DNA of 64,000 nt from Octopus sinensis (GCF_006345805.1 NC_043000.1:75082001-75146000), one strand, 5' to 3'. Numbered from the stretch's first letter, positions 9,607-23,074 are shown. Numbers and translations: made by a program. Notes: a model not told the origin generated them from the sequence alone.

Positions 9607-12600
9607 TTGGGTGTCCTGTTTTCATGGTCAAAATTTTTTCTAACTGCACCATTGTCTTGTATGGTGTCAATGGATGAGAAAATGAGGTATACAATGTAAC
9701 AGGGCTCTAAAACTATTTTTGTGAATACACGAACCTCCTGAAGTTGAAAAAAAATGCGTTTGGGTTGCAAAATTAGCCATTTTTATTGTGCTTGTGTTGT
9801 GTCATATCAAAAGGTATTTGTTTAATGTTTGTTTAATGTCTCATGGGAATCTAAATTATGCTAGAAAATTATGGTGCGAGTGTAAAATATATTTCCAATG
9901 ATTTTATCTTAAAATCTTATAATCACATCTACTAGATGTTAAACAACCATGAATAGGAGAGAACAAAGAGAAGGGGAGATCAGGTCAGTGGGTGGAAGAG
10001 GAGGGTTAGAAAGGCTGAGTATGCCACATAGGGTTAAACCATTGAACTATAATGAGGGAAGAGATAAAAAAGACTTTTGATCAAAAAAGCTGACAATGTT
10101 AACAATATACTTTGTGTCATAATATTTTTGGTAAATGCAACATAACATTAATTTGGATATCTTTTATTTGAGATCTAGAAAGAAAATATAGGCAGAATAT
10201 AGTAAGAGCGTTCAGTGATAATTGAAATCAATTCTGCATTTAATGAATGGTTGTTCCTTTGGTCATAGAATTTTTTTGCGGTGTAGGACACTGATTTTTG
10301 TTTAAAGTGATATATACAACTAACTGCACAGTGATAAGATGCTGACTTTTTAAAACTGATATTCAAGTTTTATATACAAGTGATATATACAATTGAAATA
10401 AGGTGGCAAAAACAAGATCAAGCAAAGAAATATTTCTCATTAGTAAAACACTTTCAGATATTAAAGATAGTCAACTACCTCCAAAGAAATTCTGCAATAT
10501 TTCTACCACACAAGGACAAACAATCCTAAAATGCAAGAAAAGCATATTGTTTGTTGTGGTGTAAGACATCATCACCAACTGAAATGTGATAGTGACTGTT
10601 GTTTGTTGAATAAGATTGTTTCAATACATAACAAAGTGTGAATGGATCAAGTGAAGAAGAAAGTTTTAGATTTACTACAGACACATAAAAAGCTGGTGTC
10701 TCTGAAAAGTAGAAAAAGTTTAAAAGAGCAGCCGAAACAAGAGAGCTTCACCAAAAATCTGCTACCTGATCTTTTTGACATAATTACCAAAGATGTAGAG
10801 AACATTATCAAAAAAGACAAGGAAGAAACTGAGAAAGACAAGCATGAAAAGATCATGTTCATATGAGATCAAAGGGGTCCCAGAAAATGTATGATTGGCA
10901 GAAAAGATTCAAGATACACCAAAGCTGTTGGGAGACAGGAAAGCAAAAGGAAAGATTATTTAACATAGAAAATCATCCAAGTCATCATCATTGTTCGACT
11001 GTGGTCAAGGCAATGGAATTTACTATGCTACGCCAGACTTCATGGTCCATCATAGCATTACGGAGGTCCTGTTGCTGGATGCCTGTATCCCTGGAGATTA
11101 CATCAGGGTAGGAGAGTGTGCGCTCTCTGGTATCGTGAGTAGATGGCTTCCAGAGGAGAAGAGTAGAAATTGCCTCGTTTTCAGCTCTACAACAATGTCC
11201 GGCAAACTGGACTCTCCTACCTTTCACAAGAGATGATACAGGTGGTTGTTTTCCATATATTTGTATTTTGGTTGGATGACACTTCAACGAGAGATTTTGA
11301 ACTCTCATAAGGAGGCGAGTGTAAGTTCCATCCAGTCGCCTCTCAAGCTTTACTTGTTTCTCCCTTTCTTTCTTCGTTTCTTTCACCGCATCGTCCTCAA
11401 GCTAACTTGCTTGTTTGCTGTGCTAAACTCACTTCCGGTTGCAGCTTACGGTTTTAAAACCCTTAGTGTCATGCGGTCCCCTCCATTTCTTTACCAAACG
11501 ATGCCCGAGACACCAAGCTAAGAACATTTCCTCTTCTTTCTTCTCTCTCATTTTTCCATTCCTGGTTTCCATTCGCCGTTAATTACCTTAAATGTTTTAT
11601 TACTAGCAGCTTGTTGTTGTTTTTCTTCCGCAAGCTAACCATTGGCAATGACCCCTCAAATAATAATTTTAATTCTATCTCTTAGAATTTCGTTAAGTAA
11701 ATTACTCGTTTCTCCCCTTGTTTAATTCCGTTTCTTTCACCGCATCGTCCCCAAGCTTACTTGCTTGTTCACTGTGCACCGGCCCTTACCCACCCCCACT
11801 ACCAGTACCGGATATCTCTACTGTGTTTGTCCCACCATCCCTACCGGCTATCCCTCCTCCCACCACTATAACAGTTGTCTATTCTCACACATACTTCATG
11901 GGCTTTCTTATGTTCTATCCTGTCCAGGAATTTGTTACCACCCCTTAAGTTATCTCTTTTCCCAATTCCTCCTCCTTCACTGGTGCTGCCCCCTATATTC
12001 CCCTCTCTCCCTCTTTCTCTCTCTCTATTCTCTCCCCTTCTCTTTCTTATCTCTTTTTCTATCTCCCTCCCTCTCTTTATCCCCCTCCCTTGGCCTTATG
12101 AAATGAAGTGAAGCAAAAAGTTATTAGGCTGCCCTTGTCAGGTCAGGTCCAATGTATGCAGCATCATATCCTACTACTGGTAAACTGTAAACCAGTACAA
12201 CCTGTGTCAGAGGGGTAGAAAGGGCTCCTTAGCCGTAGTGAAGGCAATCTGTCTAGGTAGATAACCTTACAATAAATCACTCAGTCCATAGCTTAGAAAT
12301 ACTGGGTTGCCGTCCAGCAGGAACAGCTTTATTTGATGGAGGAGAAAAGACCTTCTTTAGTGCTTGGTTGTACAATGCTTTCCAATGTGTGTAGTTGCAG
12401 CACACACACACATTATTAGCCATTTGAAAAGACTATGGAATTTACAATTAACTGCACCAGGATTCCTCTTCCCCAGGGAACCAGACTTAATGGTATACCT
12501 GTGGATGTAGGTCGAGCCCCTGCTTTGCTGATCACGTTGCACTTCTCACGTTGCACTTCTCTGATCACGTTGCACTTCCAAGGGCATCCAATGACAGTGA

Positions 12601-15600
12601 TGCCCTCAATCTTAACAGACGGGTATCACCTGATGGAGAATAGTCAGCTCCCAACCAAATAACACCAAACAAACATCTCATCAGCTGTAAAAATCATATG
12701 ATACTCAGCACCTTCAATGCCCACACCCTCAGTTCTCTCAGCCGTTTAGAAGAACTTGGTGCAAATGCAGAATCACACAGCATTGATATAATAGCTGTCC
12801 AAGAACACCCATTCTACCACCCTGACGACATACTTAAATACCATCAAGTCGGTTCTTATCAATTTGTAACCTCCTCAGCATCAAAGAATACTGTTAATTC
12901 AAAAGTTGAAGGTATCGGCTTTCTACTTTCATCAAAAGCTAGTGATCGACTTGAGTATACGATCGACTTGAGTATAGAGTCAATCTTGCCTAGAATTTTG
13001 GTGCTTGAGATAGATGGAAATCTGAAAACAACATTGGTATGTGTGTATAGCCCACATAATTCGTCTGTGGCAGACGAGATTGAGAATTTTTATACAACCC
13101 TTCGTTCAACCATTGAGTAAGTACATCTCCTTAATTTTCTAGTTATAGCTGGTGATCTGAACGCTAAACTAGGACCCGATGAGACCAAGTTTACTTTCAA
13201 CTCTAAAACTAATCAGAACGGGGAAATGCTCAAAAACTTTTTAGAGGAATTTAATCTTTACACCTCCAACAATTATTTTATGAAATCAAAAGGACAACTT
13301 TGGACATTCGAGGCTCCACTTGGTGATAGGGCACAAATTGACTACCTCATTTTTCGAAAGAAGTGGCACAATAGTGTCAAAGACTCGATATCTTACTCTT
13401 CCTTTAGTTCTGTTGGCTCTGACCACAGAATTGTATCAGCTACCGTTACGCTTAGTCTTCGCTCATCCAAAAAAGCTAAGCCACACCCAATAAAAACGAT
13501 CGACTGGGAGGAAGTCTCGTCTAACCCCAATATGTCCAAGCAATTTACTATTGAGGTCTATAACAAATTTCAATCTTTGTCTACTTCTGAAATAGATGTT
13601 GAGAACATTGAAGAAGTCTACAGCAGCTTCATCAAATCAACAGAGGAAGTTGCACTGGCTACTCTTCCCCAAAAAAAGAGTAGGGGCCAGAGCAAACCTT
13701 CTAATTCTCCAAATGTCATCGAAGCCAGAAACCATCTAAAGTCTATATCACTAGCTTACCACCGTTCTCCATCACAGTCACTGAAGATCCAACTCATAAC
13801 TGCCAAGAAGAATCTTGATGATGCTTACTTGAACGCTGAGGTCGACTTTATCAACGGCAAAATTAGCAAACTATCCAAAGAGCACATTAGTAAAAAACAT
13901 CATCTTGCCTGGAAATCCATCAAAGACCTATCAGGCAAAAATTCTGGGTCATCAATTAGAATTAAAGGGGGATCAGCTAAGAAGCGTTTAGAAAATTGGT
14001 CAACTCATTTTAAAAACCTTCTTGGAAAGAATGCCAAAATCCCTGATAACTCCACTCTTCCAAGTGTGCCTATATCAGATACGCTGGAAATCAACACCTC
14101 CCCTTTTACCATATTTGAACTAACAGCAGCCACTAAACAACTGAAAGCCTTGAAAGCATTTGGTTCCAACAACATCCCAGCTATAATTTGGAAGGATGAT
14201 AGATTTCACTACTTTTGCTCAATCTTTGCAGCCACACACTTTCCACTTTTGTAGCTCCAAAGATTTGGCACCAATCTCAAATCATAACAAACTGATTCTA
14301 AACCATCTCATCCTTTTTGTTGAACCTTTGCTCTGAAAGAACCAAAATGGATTCAGACATGGGCGCTCAACGTTGAGCCAAATACTGTGCCTACGCAGAC
14401 TTATTGAAGAATCAAAAGCATTTAATCGCGATTTTACAATGGTGTTTGTAGACTTTTCTAAAGCGTTCGACTCTGTAGATAGGTACAAGATATTTGAAAT
14501 CCTTAAGCTCTATGGGATTCCAGACAAAATCATTTCTGCCATCAAGGTCCTCTACGCAGATGCGTCTACAACCATCTTAACCCCTGATGGAGAAACATCA
14601 TCTTTCTCAATCAAAGCTGGAATACTGCAGGGAGACACACTCGCCCCATTTCTCTTCATCATTGTCATTGACTATGTGCTACGTATGTCAGTTGATACCA
14701 TTTCTGGCAAGGGCTTTGAAATAAAACCTAGAAGAAGTTCCAGACACAGCTGAATACTTAACAGACACTGACTTTGCTGACAACATCGCTCTTATCAGTG
14801 ATTCTCTCTCCAATGCCCAGTCTCTTTTACAATCTCTCGAACAAGCCTCAAATTGTGTAGGTCATTACCTCAACGAGACCAAGACTGAATATGTAAACAA
14901 GTGTCTGTCCAACAGTGGTTTCATCATCCATACTCTCAACAGTACGCCCTTAAATATGGTTTCTGATTACAAATATCTTGGGTCATACATATTATCTGGA
15001 AAAAATTTTCCAACTAAAAAGGGTATGGCCTGGTCAGCCTGTAATGATATGCCTAAGATCTGGTCATCAAATCTAAGTAGAGACTTCAAACTTAAAATCT
15101 TCAAAGCCACAGTCGAACCAATTCTACTATATGGCTCGCCTGAGACACCAAGCTAAGAACATTTCCTCTTCATCTTTCTTCTCTCTCATTTTTCAATTCC
15201 TGGTTTCCATTCGCCGTTAATTACCTTAAATGTTTTATTACTAACAGCTTGTTGTTTTTCTTCCACAAGCTAACCATTGGCATCATCCAAGTACTGGGGA
15301 ACCTTCCACATGAACAAAAGGATAACGCCTGTGCAGCCGCCTAGGTGGTTTGGAATGGCAATTAAATGTATTTCAAATATTTCAGCAGGGTTTCCCATGC
15401 TTAAGTGCTAAGTGAACAATGAACATATAGTCATAATATTTCCTATTAAATATCAGCTGAATAGTTATGTACTGGGGATTCTTTTTATGGTACAACTTGT
15501 ATTATATACTTTAAAAGTATATTCAAAAATGTATCTTGGAAGGTGATTTAGAATTTAAAAAATTTGCTAACCATGTTACATTGTACTTGTCATAAAATCA

Positions 15601-15848
15601 TTAAAAGTAAATTATGCACCTTAATTTTCTAGCATGATTTAGATCCACATGAGACTTATGAAATAAATATTAAAGCACAATAAAAGTGGCCAAAAAGTGC
15701 ATTTTTTTCTACTTCAGGAGGCTTATGCACGCACAGAAATGGTTTTAGAGCCCTGTCACTTTGTATACTTCATTTTTTCATCTACTTGCACCACACAAGA
15801 CAAAAGGGCAGTCAGAAAAAATTTTGACCCTGGAGACAGGACACCCCA
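9607..15848 (+). mobile_element. Internally deleted hAT-like DNA transposon with ~300-bp imperfect terminal inverted repeats; hosts a LINE
   Basis: 9607-~9910 is an inverted match to ~15580-15848 (ends t.gggtgtcc / ggacaccc.a). Flanks atatttat / atatatat fit an 8-bp TSD, though AT-rich. Transposase-like remnant at 10640-10970 reads LPDLFDIIT...DQRGPRKCMIGRKD; the hATm-type assignment is from memory. Confidence 0.7.
10983..15281. mobile_element. RTE-clade LINE insertion in three segments bounded by one 11-bp TSD
   Basis: TSD atcatccaagt at 10972-10982 and 15282-15292. 3' end with (GAT)n tail on - strand (10983-~11350). 5' region plus APE-RT on + strand (~11351-15137; VQEH, SDH, QGDTLAPFLF, EPILLYGS). 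15138-15281 repeats 11503-11646. Confidence 0.88.
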
Positions 15849-17159
15849 ATATATATATATATATATACATACATACCAGAGTAAGCACATAGATGCAAAA
15901 CAAGATGGAAAAAAATAGTACTCAAATACCAGAGGTAGAGTAATATGTTCTATTAAAAAGCAGCAAAAATATCACAAAAACTGTTACTCAGATTGTTTGT
16001 CAGACAGTTTTGTTTAGAATGGAACAAAATAAATATACAATTAGTTTGATAGATACACATTTGAAAATGGTTTTGTTTCATTGGTCCTTTCAACTAACGG
16101 TCTTTTCAATGACCGGTTGCATGAAATAACAATTGCGGTTTAAGATCCCATTATTATAAAAATCAATGAAAACCTTAAATCAAAATAGCGTATGTAGAAG
16201 GAAAATAAACCTGAATACCCAGGGTAAATAATTAGTGATAAAAAAAATATTAATAAATTTAAATAAATTAAAAGATATATCCTTTTAAAAAAAACTTTTA
16301 CCCTAAATGAAATATACATTTAGCAATACATACACATACCAAACAGCCTATATATACACTAAACAATACATGGCTGCATACATATACAGACAAATATAGC
16401 CAAAAAATAAATATATACAAATGCATATACATGTATCTATGTGCACACATGCACACGCATAATACCTCCTGGTGTATGCTTATATAACTTAGTTGTTACA
16501 AGTGAGAGAAAGAAAACAAAAAGAAACTCAGAGAATAACAAGTGGTGGGAGAAAGAAAACAGAAAAAAAGAAAAAGAAATATAAGAAACAGAAAGTTAGA
16601 AAGAGAAAAATAGAGGTATAAAGTGAGATGATTTGGATGTTGGCATTCCTAAAAGTATCTTACGAATGTTGGCTACTTCATTCAGCTTGCAAATGCATAC
16701 ATATAAAAATACACATATAAAACGACATGGATATCTACATAAATACAAACATACATACAAATACAAATAAATATACACGTAAATATATATATATATATAT
16801 ATCTTCACACCATAACGTATATACACATACAAACATATAAAAAACTGTCAGATATATAGAATATTAAAATAAGGAAATCATACAATAAATTAATATAAAA
16901 TAATTAAATGTAATATAAAATACATAAATCTAAAATAAAAAATTTGAATTTATAAAAAAGAGTAAAAATGAGTAAAAAATAAACCTCAGTGAAACTTCAG
17001 TTTAAATTTGTGAAACAGTTGAAGGCTTTCTTAAAAGCCAGATGTAAAATATAAAATGTGATGTCGAATTATGTAGTAGCATTGTAATACGAAAATAACT
17101 ATATATAAGGTATAACGCCAAATTCAAATGTGAAAGTCAAAAATTTTACCCATATGGTA

Positions 17160-19560
17160 TTTTTTCAGTTGACATTTTAACTCTTGCAGCATGCCTGCAG
17201 ATATTTAAGAGCCTGCATGTTTATCCTGGAACAGGATGAAGAACTTTTCTGAGAGACAAAGATCATGTCGCTCAATGTTTGTGTGATGGGGCTTTTGTTT
17301 CCAAAATTGTCCAGCTGATATTGAAAAGGTGGGTGTTATTCTCTTGCAATTGCAAGACTTGTTGCTGTCCTATTCTCGGGGTATCGGAAAGAATTTTAGC
17401 GGGAATAAAACCAAATCTTGAAGGAATTTTCCAAAGCCCCTGTGTAAGTTTTATATTCTTGTGAGCCATCTATTTGTACTTCAGCTCTGTAAACAGTTCC
17501 TTTTTCAAGACATTTACCTTCTAATGAGAAGCAAGTCTTATCTTTGCAATTGCAGTTCCTCAGCTTATATTCAGCACTGTGTTATTTTTGTAATAATTTT
17601 TGTGTTATGTTGATTAATAAAAGAGGTAGTTTTTGCAACAAGAATAGCTAATCTTCAGTATTCTACTAAAAATTCTATAGAACTTATGGATAGATTGAAA
17701 ATGTTTAGAAACTAATTTTAAGAATTCCTTACCTATTTTAGTTTTTATGGCAATATTAAGTGCTGCATTAAACCACAAAACTTTCCTAGTTCTAGTTCTA
17801 TGTTGTCTATTATTGTTAGAATTAGCTTGACTATACTGGATTTTCTCCGAAAATCTGCTTTTCCTTAATGCATTATTATAATACGGCACAGCATTTTTAA
17901 ATGCTGTCTCATCTTTTTTATTGATGATATGCACCTTCCTATATCACTAACTAGGTTCTTAAGAATTATGGGTGGATGATTTGATTCTTTGCTAATATAA
18001 CATAGCTTTTTATTGGATTTGCAATAGGGTTTAAATTTATCTATTTGCAAATCTAAGTTTATATCTAAAAGAATCCACATTATTATGGTTACTTTCTATC
18101 ACAATCCATAAGCCCATTCTTTGGAAGAAAGTAATCAGATTCTTCATAAGTTTATGCAACTCATGGCCATTTAAATTATGGGTGACTCTAAGACCTTCAA
18201 CCCTGTATAATCCTGCATCTATAAAAGGGAATTCTAGATGCAGGTTATGCAAAATATAAGTTCCAAAATATAAGCATACACAACTCCACCCCCATCATAT
18301 GTCCCCGTCAGTACATCAAATAGAGAATCCTCACTCTTTTTGACCCAAGTGGAATCACTGTAAAAAAAGAGGGATTTCCTTGCATGCAGGATAATATCTA
18401 TTTCTAAGCTTGGTGAAACCTAATGATTTTAGAAGCAAAGGCCTAGATATTAAAAATCAACAGTATCAAACAATATGGGGTGTGTAGTTTGTCTTCAAAC
18501 CCCATATATAGCTAGCCAACTTAGTGACTTTACTTTTGTAGATGTGCCAGAAAGAAGACTGGCATATCTACAAAAGGCAGCGAGCTGGCAGAAATGTTAG
18601 CACGTCAGGCTTAGTGGTATTTCATCTGCCATTACATTCTGAGTTCAAATTCTGCCGAGGTCGACTTTGCCTTTCATCCTTTCGGGGTCAATAAATTAAG
18701 TACCATTTACACACTGGGGTTGATATAATCGACTTAAACCCTCTGTCTGTCCATGTTTGTCCCCTCTATGTTTAGCCCCTTGTGGGCAATAAAGAAAGAA
18801 GAAAGAAGACTGGCAGTTTGCATAATGTCTTTTAAAATTGCCTTCACATAAACTGATGTAATTTTTCTTTTCAATTATGTTATCTTGAAGTATTGCTGTG
18901 ACTTTTATTTCATAAGTATGGGGCTTATCATCCATATCTGGTCAGGTGGGCAAGCTTCAGGGTCTTGACAGATACAACTGGGAGTGGAATCTTGGTGAGG
19001 CATGCAAATGGCAATGTTCTTCATGTATGATATTTTTATCAAATGCCTATTAAAAATCTTCCTGGGAAATGCTTACCTAAAAGAGCCAGGAATTTCTTGC
19101 CTACATTAGTTTTAATGTTTAGAGAGAGGAGGGAGGCAAATGATATTAATTTCCTAGGTCTATTTTAAGTTTCATATTTTTAATTGAAGGGTTGTAATAT
19201 ATCTTATCTTTGAAGGGGCTGCCTTATCAAATATTTCCTTTGAAGAGAGATTAGATATTTAATAAGGCATATGGGTTTGAAGATCTACAGCACACCACAT
19301 ACAATCAAGTGGAGAATCATGGAGAAATCTATGCCAACTTATTTCTCCAACTTAGGCAAAGCTGAAAGATTGTACATTCTTTTTTGATCCAAGAATTCCA
19401 CCACACTACTTAATTCCAGATCTGAAATTTTCAGCAAATGCAAGCATATGGACAAATTTCTTTTGGTGAACGGAGGACATCACCCTCTTCAAATTGAGTA
19501 GCAGTCTTGCTGACTTTGGACTCCTCTCCACTGAATTAGTGTACATCAGCTTGTTTAAGT
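17160..19560 (-). mobile_element. Old, heavily degraded Penelope-like element remnants (canonical Cys-rich linker)
   Basis: Fragments GLYRVEG, KESNHPPIILKNL, KVLWFN...FLKLVSKHF, ISYSC, RNCNCKDKTCFSLEGKCLEKGTVYRAEV...KTYTG and CDLCLSEKFFIL. The 18950-19560 part may be a second copy. Confidence 0.75.
18565..18799 (+). mobile_element. tRNA-derived SINE (Meta-domain-like) with 16-bp TSD
   Basis: Head ggcagcgagctggcagaa...gagttcaaattctgcc, central gtcgactttgcctttcatcctttcggggtc. TSD agaaagaagactggca at 18549-18564 and 18800-18815. Confidence 0.85.
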
Positions 19561-20555
19561 ATGATTTCTACAGTCAAAGGAGACAACTTTAATTTTCTTG
19601 TCTTCTCCCTTTGTTTTATTGCACTTTTTGCATAAACCTTGTTTTTTTTCTTGTGGTTTCTCATATGTACCAGTGTCCTGATTTTCAAAAAGGACAAACC
19701 ATGTGCCCAGAACCTAAAGATTGATTGGAGACACAAAACATGTTATAAAAATCTGCCTAATCATGTGTCTCAATGGCAAGAAATTATTAGTAGCTCTTAT
19801 TTTAATACAGTGTACATTGAATGATATCTCTCACTAAATGAAGTACTTTTTTGTTAATCTTACCATAACAGAACAGTAAACACTGTGTGTGTGTGTGTGT
19901 GTGTGGTGTGTGTGTGCGCGTGTATTAGCAATAATTATAACAATAGAGAATATGGAGACTGGCACATCCCCAAAATTTATTTACTATTTCATACAGCATA
20001 TTTTTATGGTTATGATGACCTACACATATTTCCACTGCACAGAGTATAGGCAGTTACATATGCAACTGGGCATAATTTTCTGTGCGGATTCATTCAGGGT
20101 CTTTCAACCAGCTAGGCTTGAAGTGAACCAAATACAGTTAGTTGTTTGTTTGGTAGGGTTCAGGGTGGAGTAAAGGGAAGTTGTTTTGAATCTGAAATCT
20201 GATCTGTTTGTAAGCTTGTGTGTTTGACTTCAGTTTTACACCAGTTGCTGGCTGAAGTCAAAGTTTATGTTACTGTTTTGGCAGGTTTATTTGTGTATTG
20301 TAGTTGATAGGTACTTAATAAGCTTACTTTCAAGTATAGTTCTTGTAATGTATTTTATTTTAGGGTGATTCAGTTCTATGTTATATTGTTAGTTATTAAG
20401 ATATCTTTGTAGCTGTGATGTTTATGCTGGGTAGAGGGCATGTCCTAATCATGTGCTTTGTTTTACTAGGAAGCAATACTACTGTTTTGCACTATTTAAT
20501 TTTTTCTTTGAAAACTTTTTCACTATTCTTGGTCTGTTAACGGCTAAGCGTTCAG

Positions 20556-20602
20556 ACGAGTAATACTGGCATTGATGTAGCAACATTTGAAATTTTGTCT
20601 AG
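20556..20602 (+). CDS. NEK4: Candidate NEK4-like coding exon (TSNTGIDVATFEILS); 5' boundary uncertain
   Basis: Ends in phase 2 at AG|gtgaat, in frame with the next microexon. Acceptor is weak and an in-frame TAA lies at 20538-20540. Confidence 0.35.
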
Positions 20603-20696
20603 GTGAATCTAGCTGAACAGAACTAATCAAATGTAATTTGGAAAGTTCAAAACCTAGGTGCTAGATTATCCACATCTGGGTTGTACATTTATTTAG

Positions 20697-20710
20697 TGTT
20701 CTTCCTACAG
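20697..20710 (+). CDS. NEK4: Candidate 14-nt microexon of NEK4-like gene (VLPTG)
   Basis: tttatttag|TGTTCTTCCTACAG|gtaaga. Phase 1 end joins G+GT of exon 21517. Confidence 0.55.
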
Positions 20711-21516
20711 GTAAGATGAAATTTTTTATGTTCACCCCCCACCTCCCCAACATCTTTGCCAGTATATATATATACAGTGAAGCTTTACTGTAGTGTCGTA
20801 TATTATCGATTGCTATTTCCAGTAAATATTGGTGCATTGTTGTACCACTATCCTATATATATATATATATAAATGTAACCGTACATTGAATGTTGGTGGT
20901 TTTTGCTCATTTTTCTTTCTTTCTCTTTGGACTTTCCTGTTTCTGATAAAGAGCTATACTTGAAATGTTGACAACAACTCTCTCCCTTCGCCGAGTGTCA
21001 GTATATTTCTTGTGAACATTGTCATGTTCAATATTTTGCTTTTTTCTCTGTTTTTTAATTGCCTATTTATTTGAATTGACTATATATATTTGTTATGCTG
21101 TAAATATTTTTATGGTATAAGCTAACAATTCTGCCTTTTGTTTTTTTTTTTACTGATAGCTTGTAGTTCACTTAACCTTCAGTAGATAAGTTAGCTAATG
21201 TGGTGTTATATTGCTTTCAAATTTGGTGTTTATAACAAAAATTAACTTTAAAAATGTGAATAATTATAAATTGACTTTTAAGATTGGGATAGACCTTTGC
21301 TGAGCATGAATCACTTTCTGGGTGATCATGTTAATGATTATACTACATAGAACCTACCATTTTCCTTTATCATATTAGATGAGAAAAGTAACACTTCCGC
21401 CTCCAAAGAGATTAATTTAGAGAACAATAAACAAATATAACTAGAAGAATGGACTATGAATCACAAAATATGTAATGTTTTATTATTCCTACCTGAAGCC
21501 TTTTCTCAATTTGCAG

Positions 21517-21574
21517 GTGCTGAAACTTTGGTGCAGACAAAACGTCTTTCAGACAGAATTAATATTCTAGAAAA
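21517..21574 (+). CDS. NEK4: NEK4-like kinase coding exon (GAETLVQTKRLSDRINILEK)
   Basis: ttgcag|...|gtaagt splice sites; phase-compatible with the next exon. Confidence 0.85.
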
Positions 21575-22356
21575 GTAAGTTTTGTAATAACCCTTCTATT
21601 TGTTGCTTATTCTTAAAAATATGTTGAGTGTAAAAGTCATAGAGTACAACACCTATGTGTTGTAAAGTACAGTATACAACTAAATTAATAGAGACTCAGA
21701 TGCTCTCTCTTGTATTTCATTTACATTCTGAGTTCAAATTCTGCTGGACTCAACTTTGCATTTAATTGTTCTAAGGTCAATAAGATAATTATCTACCATT
21801 TACTGCATTGATTAAATCAGCTTCCAAGAAATGGGTGGCCTAGCCTATGTTAGAAATTTGTATTATGTTATGTCCTTTTACTTTCTGACATTGATTCCTG
21901 CTGAGATGATCTTTTCTTTTCATCCTCCATATGATCAACTGTACTATTCCTTGAAAATTTGTTGCCTGTGTTACAAATCAATATTTATAACTACACTGTG
22001 CATTGTAGATATAAATATTAGAAAATGCTACATCTTTTATGAGAAAGTCATAACAGTATTAAAAATAGCCCTTATTAACAGTTATATTAGATACATACAG
22101 ACATACATATACCAAATACAGACATATACACATACATACATATACTAAATTCCATCCATAAGGCATTAGTTGACTCAAGGCTGTAGTAGATAGTAGAAGA
22201 CAAAAGAGTTCCATGCAGTAGGGTTAGGCTCAGAACCACATTGCAAAATGAATTTCAAAATCACACAACCAAACCTATGCCCTTAGTTTAGGAATATAAA
22301 TTTCTAGTTTGGTATTATGATGATTGGCAGTCAAACCAATGAAAACATGATATATA

Positions 22357-22730
22357 TCTCTCTCTATATATAAACGGCAGTTTGTCTGTGCGTGTTTCTG
22401 TGTGTCTGTTTGCTTGTACCCTCACCCTGACCGATTCTGATGAAACTTGACACACACATAGCCCAATGTCATAATTCAAAACTAACGCAGCGAAAATTTT
22501 GAAAAGTTCCCCCAGTTCTGAAAAAAATCGATAAATTCGACATGGGGTCGAGAATCAGAAACACAAACTGCAAACTGTCTAGGGGACGCAGCTCCACCTT
22601 TTTTTACTCTCAAAAAAAAATTTACCATCATTTTTTTCCATTTTTTTGCTATTTTTTGGCTATAACTCTCTAAAAATGCTTTATAGTTATTTCCCTTACA
22701 AACCTGAGCAACGCCGGGCGATACTGCTAG
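22357..22730 (+). mobile_element. Non-autonomous Helitron in NEK4 intron
   Basis: 5' TC, 3' CTAG, inserted between A and T, with a GC-rich subterminal hairpin-like cctgagcaacgccggg. Confidence 0.8.
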
Positions 22731-22823
22731 TGTAAGTATAAAAATATGTTTTATCTTTAAAGATGAGGCTGATAATTTAAAAAATTTAATCTTATTTTAT
22801 TTTCATTTTTCTTATTTCTCCAG

Positions 22824-22905
22824 GAATTGCGAAAGTGGAGTTGGAAAACAGATTCTTCAACAAGCTATTGATATACTTGATAAATTTGAAGAAGAAGATA
22901 TTAAG
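22824..22905 (+). CDS. NEK4: NEK4-like kinase coding exon (NCESGVGKQILQQAIDILDKFEEEDIK)
   Basis: tttctccag|...|gtcagt. Resembles the NEK4 C-terminal GLGVQLLEQVYDLLEEED segment as I recall it. Confidence 0.88.
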
Positions 22906-23074
22906 GTCAGTTTCACATATTAATTTTGATATTTTAAACTTTCCTTTAGTTGATGCAATGACAAGTTTTTGGTAATACACAACCTGTCTCAGGCTTCAGT
23001 AAAATAGTTATATTATTTTGTTTATCATAAAAGAAACTGTGTTTCTTTTATATGAGTATATTATGACACCCTTT

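Noticed and set aside
12100-12350. HDV-like ribozyme in RTE 5' regions (also 48100-48300)
   Set aside because: Known for some RTEs, but I could not draw the P1/P2/P3/P1.1 pseudoknot from this sequence.
19639-19824. Plus-strand ORF with polypyrimidine acceptor as an upstream NEK4 exon
   Set aside because: No similarity to NEK4 as I recall it, weak donor, and it abuts PLE remnants.
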